Shown here in pieces: positions 1-10,041 of a stretch of DNA of 64,000 nt. Position 1 is the first letter of the stretch, and each line of letters begins with the position of its first letter. The position numbers and the translations under genes are program-made. Source of the DNA: Candidatus Latescibacterota bacterium (GTDB taxonomy: Bacteria; Latescibacterota; UBA2968; UBA8231); assembly GCA_965204725.1 (NCBI GenBank), contig OZ242005.1, positions 2,208,001-2,272,000 of the forward strand. Reading direction: 5' to 3'. The notes under the pieces were generated by a model that made no database searches, was not told the origin of the DNA, and saw only the letters and a program-made list of their open reading frames with translations.

Positions 1-508
1 TAAAAAGATGAGCGGCCAGCCGCTCCGCCCCGAGGTTGGCGGCTTGATACCAGTCGTGCCAGCCGTGGTATCCGCAAAACAGCACCTTGTCGCGGCCCGT
101 GACCCCGCGGGCGATCCGCACCGCAATGGCGCAGGCCTCGCCCCCGCCCTTGCAGTAGCGCACCATTTCCGCCGAGGGCACAATCCGCACCAGTGCTTCG
201 GCCAGCTCTACGGCCGACTCTTGCACGATGCTATAGATCGTCCCCCGGTCGATCTGGGCGCGGACCGCGGCATCGACGACCTCGTCGGCATAGCCCAAGA
301 TCACCGGTCCCACAGCACTCGTCCAATCGATGTATTCGTTGCCATCCACATCCCAGATGCGGCAGCCTTTGGCGCGCTCAGCGTAGATGGGGCTGACGCC
401 GAGCGCGGCCCGCGTCGGTCGCCGGCTGATGAGCTGGGTGGTGCCGGGGATGAGTGCTTTGGCGCGCTCGTAGATTTGCAACGAGCGGCGCACCGAATGT
501 TCTCGCAT
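1..508 (-). CDS. Class III PLP aminotransferase (glutamate-1-semialdehyde aminomutase-like), 3' part beyond window
   Basis: Not in the ORF track. Manual translation from ATG at 508: MREHSVRRSLQIYERAKALIPGTTQLISRRP...AKGCRIWDVDGNEYIDW...KGGGEACAIAVRIARGVTGRDKVLFCGYHGWHDW. AAGGAG RBS at 515-520. Confidence 0.85.
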   Translation of the reverse strand, partial: MREHSVRRSLQIYERAKALIPGTTQLISRRPTRAALGVSPIYAERAKGCRIWDVDGNEYIDWTSAVGPVILGYADEVVDAAVRAQIDRGTIYSIVQESAVELAEALVRIVPSAEMVRYCKGGGEACAIAVRIARGVTGRDKVLFCGYHGWHDWYQAANLGAERLAAHLF

Positions 509-520
509 GACAGGCTCCTT

Positions 521-2380
521 TTACCGCCCGCTGCGGAGCGGGTTCTCGCGTGAAAAAGGCGTTTGCGGCGCGTTGACCACGCGCAGCCAAGAGCGATACG
601 GCGAGCCGCCTTCCCCGGCGCTGGCAAAGTCGCACAAGCGCAGCTTGCGGCCGTCGGCCGCGGCAACATCCAGCGCGACCATAGTCTCGGCCTCCACCAA
701 ATTCCCCCGCAGGGCCACCGCGTCGAGTGCCGGCACCTCGTCCGGATCTACGGCGTTGAGCCGGCGGTCGTAGGTCAAGAGCACCGGCCCCCGAAAGATC
801 GAGACCTTATCGCGGCACTCCGCTTCACCGCGCCAGTAGTGCATTGATAGGTCCAAGTCGAGGTCAATGGTATCGCCGGGCTGCCAGCACCTAGCCAGCG
901 CCTGGTACGCCCCAGCGTCGGCCTTGCTTGCGGCCGCGCCGTTTACCCGCACCTCCGTTTGCTGCGACCAGTAGGGCACCCGCAATTTGAGCGCAAACTC
1001 CGCGGCCTCAGAGGGATCAACGCGGATGCGCACGCGCCCGTGGCGGGGGTACTCCGTCTGTTGGGTCAGCACCACGGTCAAGCCGCGCCGCAGCTCCACC
1101 TCCATCCGGCTCGGGCCGTACCAATTGAGCACCAACCCCTCCTCGTCGCGCATGAGTGCCCAGTCCGAGACCATCCCCAACCCACGCGGCCCATTGACGC
1201 TACAGCAGTTCAACTCGGGGCTGCCTTCGCGCGCCTGAAAGACGATCTCGTGGGCACTCGCCTTGCGCACCCCATCCATCGGCGTGTTGTACGTAACCCA
1301 GCGCCCGCTCGCCGAGTGCAGGCCGAGGATGGAGTTGAGGGTGGATAGCTCGATCTCGTCGGCCACAATCGAACAGCCAGTCAGCTTGAGCATTTCCACG
1401 CTCGCGGCCACCCAAGCGATGGTACAGCAGGTCTCGATCGCGCCTTGGTGGTAGGGGTTGCCTTGCGCGGCTTCGCCCGAAGAAAAGCCGCCGTTGTTGT
1501 GCCGGTCGAGTTCGACAATGCTCCACCAGATCTGCTCGAAAGCCCGGCGGTAGCGTTCCTCGCCCGTGATCCAGTACAACTCGGCCAAGGCCATGATCGG
1601 ATGGAGGCTTTCCCAGCGCGGCTTAGGCGTTTTGAAGAAGGGCTGACCGGCCAAGGCGCGATTGAGATAGTCGCCCGCCAGCGGCTGCCCGTCCGCGTCC
1701 AGCGCGGCGAACTCATCGACCCACTGCAAGGCCAAGTTTAGATAGCGATCCCGGCCGGTCTGGCGATAGAGGATGCACAGGACGTGGACCGGGGCCATGT
1801 TCATCTCCGTGCTGCCGGTATCGACCAGCCGCCGGCGCGTTTTGCCCATAAACTTCCGGGCCAATAGCTCGGCCATGGCCTCGACGCAATGCAATGCCTG
1901 TGCGTCGCGGCTTTCCTCGTACCACAGCAACAAGCCCAGCATGGCGTGATAGTGCCCCCAAGCATCCCACGTGGAACCGCGCTGGTTCGCGACGTTGGGC
2001 GCGTATCCCGTCAGGCGGTGGCGGTGCGGCCAAGGGCCGAGATAGCCGTCGGCGTCTTGGTGGGCGATGAGCCGAGCGACAAAGTCTTTCAGGTGTCTTT
2101 TTAGCTTGGGGTCGCCGGTCAGCCGCAGGATTTGCACGGCACTCGTCAGGTACTTGCCGGCAAATTCTCCGGCCCACGGCATCTGGTCGCGGTAGGGCTT
2201 GCGATCGCGGTCGGCAAACATGTCCAAAATCGCCGGATTGGCCGCGGGCGCGATGAGCAGCCACTGCTCGGTGACGGCGCGCAAGTAAGCCGCAAAGGGA
2301 CCGTCGAGGGCGTAGTGGGTGCGGGACGAGCGGGTCAGTGCGGGTTGCACCGCCGGACGGTGGTCAGAAAAAGGCTGCAT
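521..2380 (-). CDS. Glycoside hydrolase family 127/146 (beta-L-arabinofuranosidase-like)
   Basis: 619 aa with DGYLG, ETCC and NCCSVNGPRG motifs and a C-terminal RVPYW/RGPVLL beta-sandwich region. Confidence 0.85.
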   Translation of the reverse strand: MQPFSDHRPAVQPALTRSSRTHYALDGPFAAYLRAVTEQWLLIAPAANPAILDMFADRDRKPYRDQMPWAGEFAGKYLTSAVQILRLTGDPKLKRHLKDFVARLIAHQDADGYLGPWPHRHRLTGYAPNVANQRGSTWDAWGHYHAMLGLLLWYEESRDAQALHCVEAMAELLARKFMGKTRRRLVDTGSTEMNMAPVHVLCILYRQTGRDRYLNLALQWVDEFAALDADGQPLAGDYLNRALAGQPFFKTPKPRWESLHPIMALAELYWITGEERYRRAFEQIWWSIVELDRHNNGGFSSGEAAQGNPYHQGAIETCCTIAWVAASVEMLKLTGCSIVADEIELSTLNSILGLHSASGRWVTYNTPMDGVRKASAHEIVFQAREGSPELNCCSVNGPRGLGMVSDWALMRDEEGLVLNWYGPSRMEVELRRGLTVVLTQQTEYPRHGRVRIRVDPSEAAEFALKLRVPYWSQQTEVRVNGAAASKADAGAYQALARCWQPGDTIDLDLDLSMHYWRGEAECRDKVSIFRGPVLLTYDRRLNAVDPDEVPALDAVALRGNLVEAETMVALDVAAADGRKLRLCDFASAGEGGSPYRSWLRVVNAPQTPFSRENPLRSGR

Positions 2381-2507
2381 GGCGTCTCCTCTCGGTGGGT
2401 GGCTGTGGTGCGCTTTGGGCTATCTCGTTCGATAATTTGACAGCCCGTCTAAACTCCTCTTTTTTGGCGTCCAACCTCAACTCTCAACTTCTAAACGGAG
2501 CTTCATC

Positions 2508-3110
2508 ATGCAACGCGCCTTGTCTCTGCTCGCCCTCTTGCTCGCGCTGCCGCTCGCCACCTACGCCTTTGATGGAAGACGCGAGGGCTTTCTGTTCGGC
2601 TTTAGCCTCGGGCCGGGCTACCAGTTCGTCGAGCAGGAGTGGCTCATCAATGGCGAGCGATCCCAGCGCGAAGACCGCGACCCGACCTTTGGCACCGCCC
2701 TCCAGTTCGGCTACGGCCTCACCAACCACCTCGTCTTAGGCTGGGTCTTGGACTTGGGCCGCGACGCGGATGACGACGAGATCAAGCTCCTCGGCACCGC
2801 GGTCGAAAGGGGCAGTACCCGCTTTGAGATCGACGGCTTTAGCGCGACCTATTTCCTCAAAAAACGCGCTCCATCGCCCTTTGTCGAAGCCGTCATCGGC
2901 ACGGCCCGCTGGGACGACGGGGGGAACAACATCCTCGACGGCCTCGGGCTGGCCGGCAGCATCGGCTACGAGGTGCGCAAGCACTGGATGGTCAAAGGCA
3001 CCATCGGCTGGGGTGCGCCCAGCGCAGAGGCCACAATCGACGAGCGAGCGATCAAAGCCGACGTCACAGGCTGGGCCATCGCCTTCAACGCCAGCTATCT
3101 CTGGTACTGA
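2508..3110 (+). CDS. Outer-membrane beta-barrel protein
   Basis: Signal peptide, alternating amphipathic strands, C-terminal aromatic (SYLWY). Confidence 0.7.
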   Translation: MQRALSLLALLLALPLATYAFDGRREGFLFGFSLGPGYQFVEQEWLINGERSQREDRDPTFGTALQFGYGLTNHLVLGWVLDLGRDADDDEIKLLGTAVERGSTRFEIDGFSATYFLKKRAPSPFVEAVIGTARWDDGGNNILDGLGLAGSIGYEVRKHWMVKGTIGWGAPSAEATIDERAIKADVTGWAIAFNASYLWY

Positions 3111-3124
3111 ACAGCGGACGCGGC

Positions 3125-3240
3125 TCAGTCTCATTGTACCGCACTGGTCAAGTACTTGCCGGCAAATCTCTCCAAGCAAAATGTCTGGTATCTCCATAAC
3201 TAGTCGATAACACCATGATCCGCTTCTAAGGAGCCGCCAA
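3125..3240 (-). pseudogene. Decayed duplicate fragment of the GH127 N-terminal region
   Basis: 3141-3173 gcactggtcaagtacttgccggcaaatctctcc resembles 2140-2170 and reads FAGKYLTSAVQ on the minus strand, with stops and frameshifts around it. Confidence 0.6.
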
Positions 3241-3489
3241 AAAGCAGCAAATGCCTATATCGTAGTTATAATGTAGGCTAATGGTCTTCCTCAACCAAGG
3301 CAAAAGACTATTTCTGCCTTGCTTTTGGCCTTTATACTGCGCTTCTACCCCGATTGAACGGCTCTGGGGAAGTCAGCAGAAATGCGATAAGATAGCCCTG
3401 CCTATAGTTAGCCAAAATTTACTTTTTCTTTGTCTTGACAAGGCGACAATAGAATACCATAGTATAAAATACAAACTGCGGAGCGACTA

Positions 3490-4686
3490 ATGCAAAAGCC
3501 AACAATTATAGATTTATTCAGCGGGTGTGGAGGAATGTCTTGGGGGTTACATAAAGCGGATTTCAGTGTGCTAGCAGGTATTGATATATGGAGCAGGGCC
3601 TTAGAAACATTTCACTTTAATCATCCGACTGCGAGCACAATAAAAGCAGATATAGCTGACTTAGACCCAAATTCTTTAATGTCAATGCTGAAGTTAGAAA
3701 AGGGCACTCTTGATTGTCTCATTGGCGGCCCTCCTTGCCAAGGCTTCTCAAAAAATGTTCCAGCAGCCTATCGTTTTCTCGAAGATCCGCGCAATCAATT
3801 ATTCCGCGATTTTTTGCGTTTTGTTGAGGCCATGTTACCCAAAGTTGTCGTTATGGAAAACGTGGCGGAGATTTATAGGGCATACGATGGATCAGTACGG
3901 GCAGAAGTTATCAATAGCTTACGACAGCTTGGCTATGAAATAGATACCGCTATTTTATACGCACCAGACTATGGTGTCCCACAGCGTAGAAGGCGTTGCT
4001 TTTTCTTTGCTTCGAGAACGGGGATCAAGCCCGTACTTCCACCGCCTACTTTTGGCCCCGATCACGTAAACGTCTTATTCGGCACAGTAAAGCAGTACCA
4101 TTCCGCTTGGGAGGCAATCTCAGATTTGCCCGTTCTGGAAAATGGTGACGGGTATGAACCGATGGAGTACAGGCTTCAGCCTCAAAATGAATATCAAGCA
4201 GATATGCGGGAAGATTCATGTACTCTCTACGACCACATTACACGAGCGTTAAATGAAAAACAATTTACTCGAATCTCATCTTTGGAACCAGGCCAAGGAA
4301 TAAAAAACTTACCAAAGAGAATTAGACCAAAATCGGGATATAGTGGTGCTTACGGAAGACTTGATTTTGAAATGATTGCGCCGACAATTACTAGATGGGT
4401 ATTCCATCCCGGATCTGGGCGCTTCTGCCATCCTCGGGAAGCTAGATTGCTAACTATCCGAGAAGCGGCGAGGCTTCAGTCTTTTTCCGACGATTTTAGA
4501 TTTACGGGCACTTATATTGAAAAATCCCATCAAGTAGGAAATGCCGTCCCACCTTTAATAATGCAAAGTATGGCGACGAACATTAAGGTTTGCCTTCGAG
4601 TTTTGCCAAAAGAATCTCAACAACATCGCTTGCTGCGAGACGCTGCGGTTCAATACAAAACTCGTACGCATCTTCAGGAAAAATAA
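3490..4686 (+). CDS. DNA (cytosine-5)-methyltransferase of a Type II R-M system
   Basis: DLFSGCGG, GGPPCQGFS, ENV, QRRRR, REAARLQSF and QVGNAV motifs; AT-richer than flanks. Confidence 0.95.
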   Translation: MQKPTIIDLFSGCGGMSWGLHKADFSVLAGIDIWSRALETFHFNHPTASTIKADIADLDPNSLMSMLKLEKGTLDCLIGGPPCQGFSKNVPAAYRFLEDPRNQLFRDFLRFVEAMLPKVVVMENVAEIYRAYDGSVRAEVINSLRQLGYEIDTAILYAPDYGVPQRRRRCFFFASRTGIKPVLPPPTFGPDHVNVLFGTVKQYHSAWEAISDLPVLENGDGYEPMEYRLQPQNEYQADMREDSCTLYDHITRALNEKQFTRISSLEPGQGIKNLPKRIRPKSGYSGAYGRLDFEMIAPTITRWVFHPGSGRFCHPREARLLTIREAARLQSFSDDFRFTGTYIEKSHQVGNAVPPLIMQSMATNIKVCLRVLPKESQQHRLLRDAAVQYKTRTHLQEK

Positions 4687-5308
4687 AGCGTTCAAAGAAT
4701 TGTTTTTGATTCGGATACCACCGAAAAACCAGCACATTGTCTTTAATGCGTCTCGCCTGGAGGCCCTTTTTTGCAGTATTGGTCCAAGCCCATATCAAGT
4801 CACTCTCCCTATATTCAACCAGTTTCTCTTCAAAATAAACATAGTTTTTTCTATTTTTCGACTTTAACAAAATGGAGACACGTCTTTCTTTAATCCCCCG
4901 ATCTTTTGCATCTTGCTGAACTTTCTCTTCATACCAATGTTTGAGCAGAGCAGCACCGAGGTCTTCAGGAGAAGATTTGGTAGAGAGAGCGCTAAAGCCA
5001 AGATCCTTCGCTTTTGTAAAAATATCTGCTCGCTGTATGACGACCGCAAACTCACGAGGCAGAATGATTGCATCTTGATTTACTTGAGCTGCCTTAATTG
5101 ACCAGCCAATTTTTCTTTTTTTATCAACTACGTCGAATAGATTTTTGCTCCTAGTATGTGAGAGAGGATCAACAGATGGAATACCTTTGGCGTACGTAAA
5201 TATGGCTTCCCAAATATAATCTTTTATATCATCGACAAAAGGAATCGCGTAAACCGCACGGATGGCTTCGACTAAACGTCGTTTCTCTTTCTCTTTTAGG
5301 TGGTACAT
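4583..5308 (-). CDS. Putative Type II restriction endonuclease, convergent with the MTase
   Basis: 241 aa, basic, AT-rich; FDVV...WSIK resembles a PD-(D/E)XK-type motif; adjacent to a C5 MTase. Confidence 0.65.
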   Translation of the reverse strand: MYHLKEKEKRRLVEAIRAVYAIPFVDDIKDYIWEAIFTYAKGIPSVDPLSHTRSKNLFDVVDKKRKIGWSIKAAQVNQDAIILPREFAVVIQRADIFTKAKDLGFSALSTKSSPEDLGAALLKHWYEEKVQQDAKDRGIKERRVSILLKSKNRKNYVYFEEKLVEYRESDLIWAWTNTAKKGLQARRIKDNVLVFRWYPNQKQFFERFIFPEDAYEFCIEPQRLAASDVVEILLAKLEGKP

Positions 5309-5323
5309 TGCTCAGACGCTTCG

Positions 5324-6187
5324 TTAGCAGCCAAACAGCGCGAAGGCGAAATTCGGCGGCGGCGCGACGATATCGCTCCGATTTTGCAGGTAGCGCCGCG
5401 CCTGCGCTGGCGGCAGCAGGCTTTCCAACTCCGCCCAGCCGATGTGCTCCATTTCGGCGTTGAGCTCCTCGGGCGCAAACTCGGATAGCATTGGCTCGCC
5501 CAGCCGCTTCACGAGGCGTTCTAGCTTGTCGTTGAGGGGTACACTCTGTTCGGGGATTAGCGATCTAGCCAGCTTGTAATCGCAGACGAGGCGGCTGCCC
5601 GGGGCCGCGACCGCCGCAATACATCCAAGCGTCTCCCTTATGGCGTCCTGGGTCAGATAGTAGGTCGTCCCCAGCCACGAAAAAAATGCGGGTTGCCCCG
5701 CGTCGAACCGACTGTTCCCAAGCACCTCGTCTAGCGGGTCGGTCTCAAAGTCAACCGGCACGAACGCCACGTTGGGTGGGATGTGCCCCGCCACCCGGCG
5801 CACGCGCTCGCGCTTGATGCGCTGGGTCGCGGGATGATCAACCTCAAAGACCTGCACCCGATCCGCCAACTCGCGACCGCGCAGGGAAAAGGTGTCGAAA
5901 CCAGCACCGAGAATCACGTACTGCACAAGGCCCGCTCCTATGGCCTCGTAAAGACAGTCTTCGGCGTAGCGGACGCGGAGGAGGTTCTCGGTGTGAATGG
6001 GGTGGAACGGCGCCAGCAGCTTATTGACCACCAGCCAGTTGAGCAAGCGATTTTTGACGATGAGACGCCACCCCAGCGACACCATATCCACCGCGTACTC
6101 GTCGGCAAAAATCGGCGCGGGATTCCACTGCCAGTGATGGGCGCGGATGCCGGCTGCCAACGAGGCGGTCGTACTCGTGCGGCGCAT
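5324..6187 (-). CDS. SAM-dependent methyltransferase, LCM/YktD family
   Basis: QYVILGAGFDT, FEVDHPATQ, VDFE and WLGTTYYL motifs. Confidence 0.9.
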   Translation of the reverse strand: MRRTSTTASLAAGIRAHHWQWNPAPIFADEYAVDMVSLGWRLIVKNRLLNWLVVNKLLAPFHPIHTENLLRVRYAEDCLYEAIGAGLVQYVILGAGFDTFSLRGRELADRVQVFEVDHPATQRIKRERVRRVAGHIPPNVAFVPVDFETDPLDEVLGNSRFDAGQPAFFSWLGTTYYLTQDAIRETLGCIAAVAAPGSRLVCDYKLARSLIPEQSVPLNDKLERLVKRLGEPMLSEFAPEELNAEMEHIGWAELESLLPPAQARRYLQNRSDIVAPPPNFAFALFGC

Positions 6188-6201
6188 GTCTTACGCCAGC
6201 C

Positions 6202-7194
6202 TCACTCCTGCTCTTCCATCTGGTCGTAGAACTGGACTATTTTGCCCCGATTCTCAGAGGCGTTGAAAGCCATGCCGGCTCGCGGGTGTTGGTTGAGCAG
6301 GCCGGTGATCATGTAGGGATAGTCGTAGCCCCACAGCAGCTTGGAGCGGAGCGGCTCAATGTATTGCTCAATGCACTTGAGCACTGGACGCAAGCGAAAC
6401 TTCGGGTTGTGCAAAAAGCCCAACAAAAGCTCCATCTGGCAATTGCCCGCGCCGCGACCCAAGCCGGCAAAACTCGCATCCACGCAGTTGGCCCCCAGTA
6501 TCGCGGCTTCGATGGTATTGGCAAAGGCCAGTTGCCGATTGTTGTGGGCGTGGATTCCGACCTCTATCGGGGTGCCCTCGCAGTATTGGAAAAACGTGTT
6601 GCAAAGCGCGCGGATCTGCTCGCCGTAGAGCGAGCCAAAGCTATCGACCACGTACACGGCCCCCACGTCTGAGCGCACCAGCATCTCCAGCGCGCTTTTG
6701 ACCTCGGACTCCGGCACAGTGGAAACGGCCATGAGGTTTAAGGTCGTCTCATAGCCCTTGTCGCTGGCGTCCTTGATCATGTCCAGCGCCAGCGGCATCT
6801 GGTGGATATAGGTGGCCACGCGGATCATGTCCAACACGCTTTCAGACGCCGGCAGGATGTCCGTTTTGTAATCGCTTTTTTCGGCGTCGGCCATAGCCGC
6901 CAACTTCAGCGGGGTGTCGTTGTTGCCGACGATGCGGCGCATGTCCTCTTCGAGGCAGTGCTTCCACGGCCCAAACTCGCCGGGCGGAAATTGCGCCCGC
7001 GAGTTGATGTAACCGATCTCCATGTAGTCAATCCCGGCCTCGATGCAGGACTCGTACACGCCGCGGACTACGTTGTCTTCAAACCAATGGTCGTTCATCA
7101 GGCCGCCATCGCGGATGGTGACGTCAACGACCTTGATTTCCTCCCGATACCCAAGCCAATTGTCGGCCCAAGTTGCTCGGTTTTCCTCGCTCAT
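6202..7194 (-). CDS. DRE-TIM metallolyase / aldolase catalytic-domain protein (HMGL-like)
   Basis: DVTIRDGG, VDSFGS, HAHNN and GLGRGAGN motifs. Confidence 0.88.
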   Translation of the reverse strand: MSEENRATWADNWLGYREEIKVVDVTIRDGGLMNDHWFEDNVVRGVYESCIEAGIDYMEIGYINSRAQFPPGEFGPWKHCLEEDMRRIVGNNDTPLKLAAMADAEKSDYKTDILPASESVLDMIRVATYIHQMPLALDMIKDASDKGYETTLNLMAVSTVPESEVKSALEMLVRSDVGAVYVVDSFGSLYGEQIRALCNTFFQYCEGTPIEVGIHAHNNRQLAFANTIEAAILGANCVDASFAGLGRGAGNCQMELLLGFLHNPKFRLRPVLKCIEQYIEPLRSKLLWGYDYPYMITGLLNQHPRAGMAFNASENRGKIVQFYDQMEEQE

Positions 7195-7287
7195 TGCCCT
7201 CTCCTCGTTGGTATGTAAATCAAGTGTTGTCGAACCGATATATACTGAGGCGCGACCAGCAAAAGGTCAAACCGGCCCCGGCCCGGT

Positions 7288-8364
7288 CTAGGCTTCCATT
7301 GTGGTCAGGGTACTCAGCTTGTACTCGTCGATCACCACGCCCAGCCCAGCCCCTTCAAACGGATACAAGTAGCTGCCTCGGGCCCGCACCCTTTGCACGG
7401 CCGGCGATTCAGTGTACAGCAACGGCCCCATCGGGTCGCAGGGCAAGTTGGTGTTGGGCATGGCAATGCCAACGCTGACTTGCGCTGAAGTCCCCAGCGT
7501 CGATTCTTGGTCCGTGCCGATCAGGCAGCGGAACCCGGCCGCCTCCGCGAGGGCGAAAAGCCGGCGGATATGCGTCGGGCCGCCGCAGACGCAGGCGACA
7601 TTAAAGGCCGTACAGGCCCTTCTTTCGATGGCTTCCATTCCCAAGGCTAGGCTGTTGATGTGGCAACTCACCGGCAGGTCAACGCGCCGAACAAACTCGG
7701 CCGAGACCCGCATACTGTACGAGGGCTGCTCAAAGTGATACGGCTCGTGATGGCGGAGGACATCGGCGTAGCGGAGGGCCGTCTCCCAATCGGTGAAGCG
7801 CCCGGAAAAGTCAATGGACTTGAGCTTGAGCTGGTCTTTGTAGCGGTACTTGACCTCGCTTAAGAAGTAGTCGTCGAGTTTGCTATCGCCCGACACGTAG
7901 TAGCGGAACAGGTGATGCCCCAAGTCGAACAGCCGCTGGATATAGCTCATCGCATGCGGGAGGCTCTCTTTTACCTGCCAGCCAAAGATCGGATAGCAGC
8001 AATAGAGCTTCTCCCGCATCTTGCCGCCCAAAAGCCGATAGGCTGGCACCCCTAGGAACTTGCCATTGAGATCGTAGAGTGCCATATCAATGGCCGAGGC
8101 GAGGTGGAGGTCGGTCACGGAGCTGTTGAAGGCGTGGCCGAGCAACAGCTCGTTGATCTCGGTAATAGAGCTGGGGTCCAGCCCCACCAACATCTCGTTG
8201 TACTGCCGGGCAATGGCCGCCAAATCCTCGGCGCGACTGTCGGACGCTTCGCCCCAACCTATCGGGCCGTCATCGACAAAGACCTTGACCAGCACGTGCC
8301 CGGAGAGGTGGCCGTAGTAGCGCTGGGTCGCTATCTGGAAGGTTTCTACTTTGGTGATTTTCAC
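7288..8364 (-). CDS. Mandelate racemase/muconate lactonizing enzyme (enolase superfamily)
   Basis: MKITKVE start, SAIDMALYDLNGK..GVPAYRLLGG, FEQP and GLGVVID motifs. Confidence 0.88.
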   Translation of the reverse strand: MKITKVETFQIATQRYYGHLSGHVLVKVFVDDGPIGWGEASDSRAEDLAAIARQYNEMLVGLDPSSITEINELLLGHAFNSSVTDLHLASAIDMALYDLNGKFLGVPAYRLLGGKMREKLYCCYPIFGWQVKESLPHAMSYIQRLFDLGHHLFRYYVSGDSKLDDYFLSEVKYRYKDQLKLKSIDFSGRFTDWETALRYADVLRHHEPYHFEQPSYSMRVSAEFVRRVDLPVSCHINSLALGMEAIERRACTAFNVACVCGGPTHIRRLFALAEAAGFRCLIGTDQESTLGTSAQVSVGIAMPNTNLPCDPMGPLLYTESPAVQRVRARGSYLYPFEGAGLGVVIDEYKLSTLTTMEA

Positions 8365-8409
8365 GTACGCCTCCTTTGCTTTGTCAAAATAGACGAAAAC
8401 GAGGGCCGC

Positions 8410-10005
8410 CTACTGGTTGTAGCGGTCCCGGTACATCGCCCTGAGCGCTTCGGCCTCTTTGGGATCAAGCCCCTTCATCCACGCATGCTCTTCCTCGGCC
8501 AGCAACGCCTCTACCTGAGCGCGGTACTTGTGCTCCATGGCTTGGCTCTTGCTCGCCGCCGCTTCTACCACAGCCGGCAGGAACTCCATGTAGTAGTGCT
8601 TGGCCACTTCGTACATGCCGTGCCAATGCGTGTAGTCGGGGCCCATCATGCTGGCGCCGTGGCGGGCGCGGCGGCCTTCGTGATGCCACAGCTCCCAGAA
8701 CACCCACTGGACCTCGTGTTCAAACGGAGCGTCCGGCTTTAAGACCCCGTCGGCCTTGAGTTCGTCCATCATAAGTTTGGCCGGGCGGGCGAACTTCTCG
8801 TTGTAGAGGACGACCAAGTCGTCGAACTGCTTGTAGAAGTTATCGACGTACGTGTCGCTGTGGCAGTTGAGACAGGCCCCTTTCATCTTCTCGCGCCGCT
8901 CTTGCCAAGTGACGATTTTTTGGACCACTCGCGGCACCGTCTTGCTGACGAGTTGTTCGTTCTCCACGACCTTCTCGACCGTCTCGACGACCGCCCCCGA
9001 GTCGGGCAAGGCCCTCGTATCGGGATAGTCTTCCCTAAAGCCATCCGCAAAAATGACCAAATTCTGTTTGGTGCTAATAATCGGTCGCAAGGTCCAGCTA
9101 ATGCGCTCGCCCACGTCGTGGCTGTTGGCTTCGTACACGCCCTGCGGCGTCATGTAGCTGCTGATGTGACAGGTGGCGCACGTCGGGGCCGCCGAGTAGT
9201 CGCGGCCGAGAACCCAGTCGCCCTGCTTGTCCAGCGCCATGCGGTCGCGGTTGGCGTAGAAGGCGATGCCGTGCTTGGACTCGTTGTAAATCTCAATCTG
9301 CGGATGGTCAGGCCCCATGTGGCACTTGCCGCAGTTTTCGGGCGAGCGCGACAGCTTGGCTTGGAAGGCGTGGCGCGAGTGGCAGGCGTGGCACGACCCT
9401 TTCGAGCCGTCGGGATTGAGCCGCCCCATGCCGCTGTTGGGCCACGTGTCGGCGTCGATTACCGGCTTGTTCTCCTTGCCGGTGCGCACGATGTCGCCCG
9501 CCTCGTCGCGCTCAAAGCGCACGATGCTGCCGTGGCACTGCCAACAGCCGTTGACGGCGTCGGCGATGTTGTCCGGCAGCCCGGCCGCTTTCTCGGCGAG
9601 CACGTTGTCGAGACTGGCCAAAATTTCACCGGCGCGGGCGTGGTGGCTCACGGAAAACTGCTCAAACTCGCGGACGTGGCAGGTGGCGCAGTCCTTGGGC
9701 GTCACCAGCGCCGATACCCAAACCCCTTCGTGTTTCCATGCGTCTTCGTCCGTGCTGTTGGCCGCGTGGCAGTCGAAACACCCCACCCCTAATTCGGCGT
9801 GGCGCGACTCCTCCCATTCCATGACCAACGCCGGGCTATCTTGGCGATGGCAGGTCACGCAGGCCTCGCTCGACTGCTTGACCACCGGCCCGGGGGCCTC
9901 CTCCTCGCGGGCCATTCTCGACTCGTGGTACGCAACGACGAGCAGCGACAGCAAGAACAGAAACGAAAGAACCGCCACGATGTAGCGCTTAACCGTCAGT
10001 GTCAT
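8410..10005 (-). CDS. Octaheme cytochrome c, hydroxylamine oxidoreductase (HAO/OCC) family
   Basis: N-terminal TM/signal; 8 CxxCH (CVTCH, CFDCH, CATCH, CWQCH, CHACH, CGKCH, CATCH, CLNCH); GPDHPQIEIY..SKHG and GPDYTHWHG motifs. Confidence 0.92.
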   Translation of the reverse strand: MTLTVKRYIVAVLSFLFLLSLLVVAYHESRMAREEEAPGPVVKQSSEACVTCHRQDSPALVMEWEESRHAELGVGCFDCHAANSTDEDAWKHEGVWVSALVTPKDCATCHVREFEQFSVSHHARAGEILASLDNVLAEKAAGLPDNIADAVNGCWQCHGSIVRFERDEAGDIVRTGKENKPVIDADTWPNSGMGRLNPDGSKGSCHACHSRHAFQAKLSRSPENCGKCHMGPDHPQIEIYNESKHGIAFYANRDRMALDKQGDWVLGRDYSAAPTCATCHISSYMTPQGVYEANSHDVGERISWTLRPIISTKQNLVIFADGFREDYPDTRALPDSGAVVETVEKVVENEQLVSKTVPRVVQKIVTWQERREKMKGACLNCHSDTYVDNFYKQFDDLVVLYNEKFARPAKLMMDELKADGVLKPDAPFEHEVQWVFWELWHHEGRRARHGASMMGPDYTHWHGMYEVAKHYYMEFLPAVVEAAASKSQAMEHKYRAQVEALLAEEEHAWMKGLDPKEAEALRAMYRDRYNQ

Positions 10006-10041
10006 CCGAGCAACCCTCCCGATTTAGCTCCAGTGAATCAT

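Noticed and set aside
8-553. 181-aa plus-strand ORF and the many other antisense ORFs in the track (e.g. 57139-58644, 8860-9792)
   Set aside because: Shadow frames of well-supported opposite-strand genes in GC-rich DNA, with no motifs.
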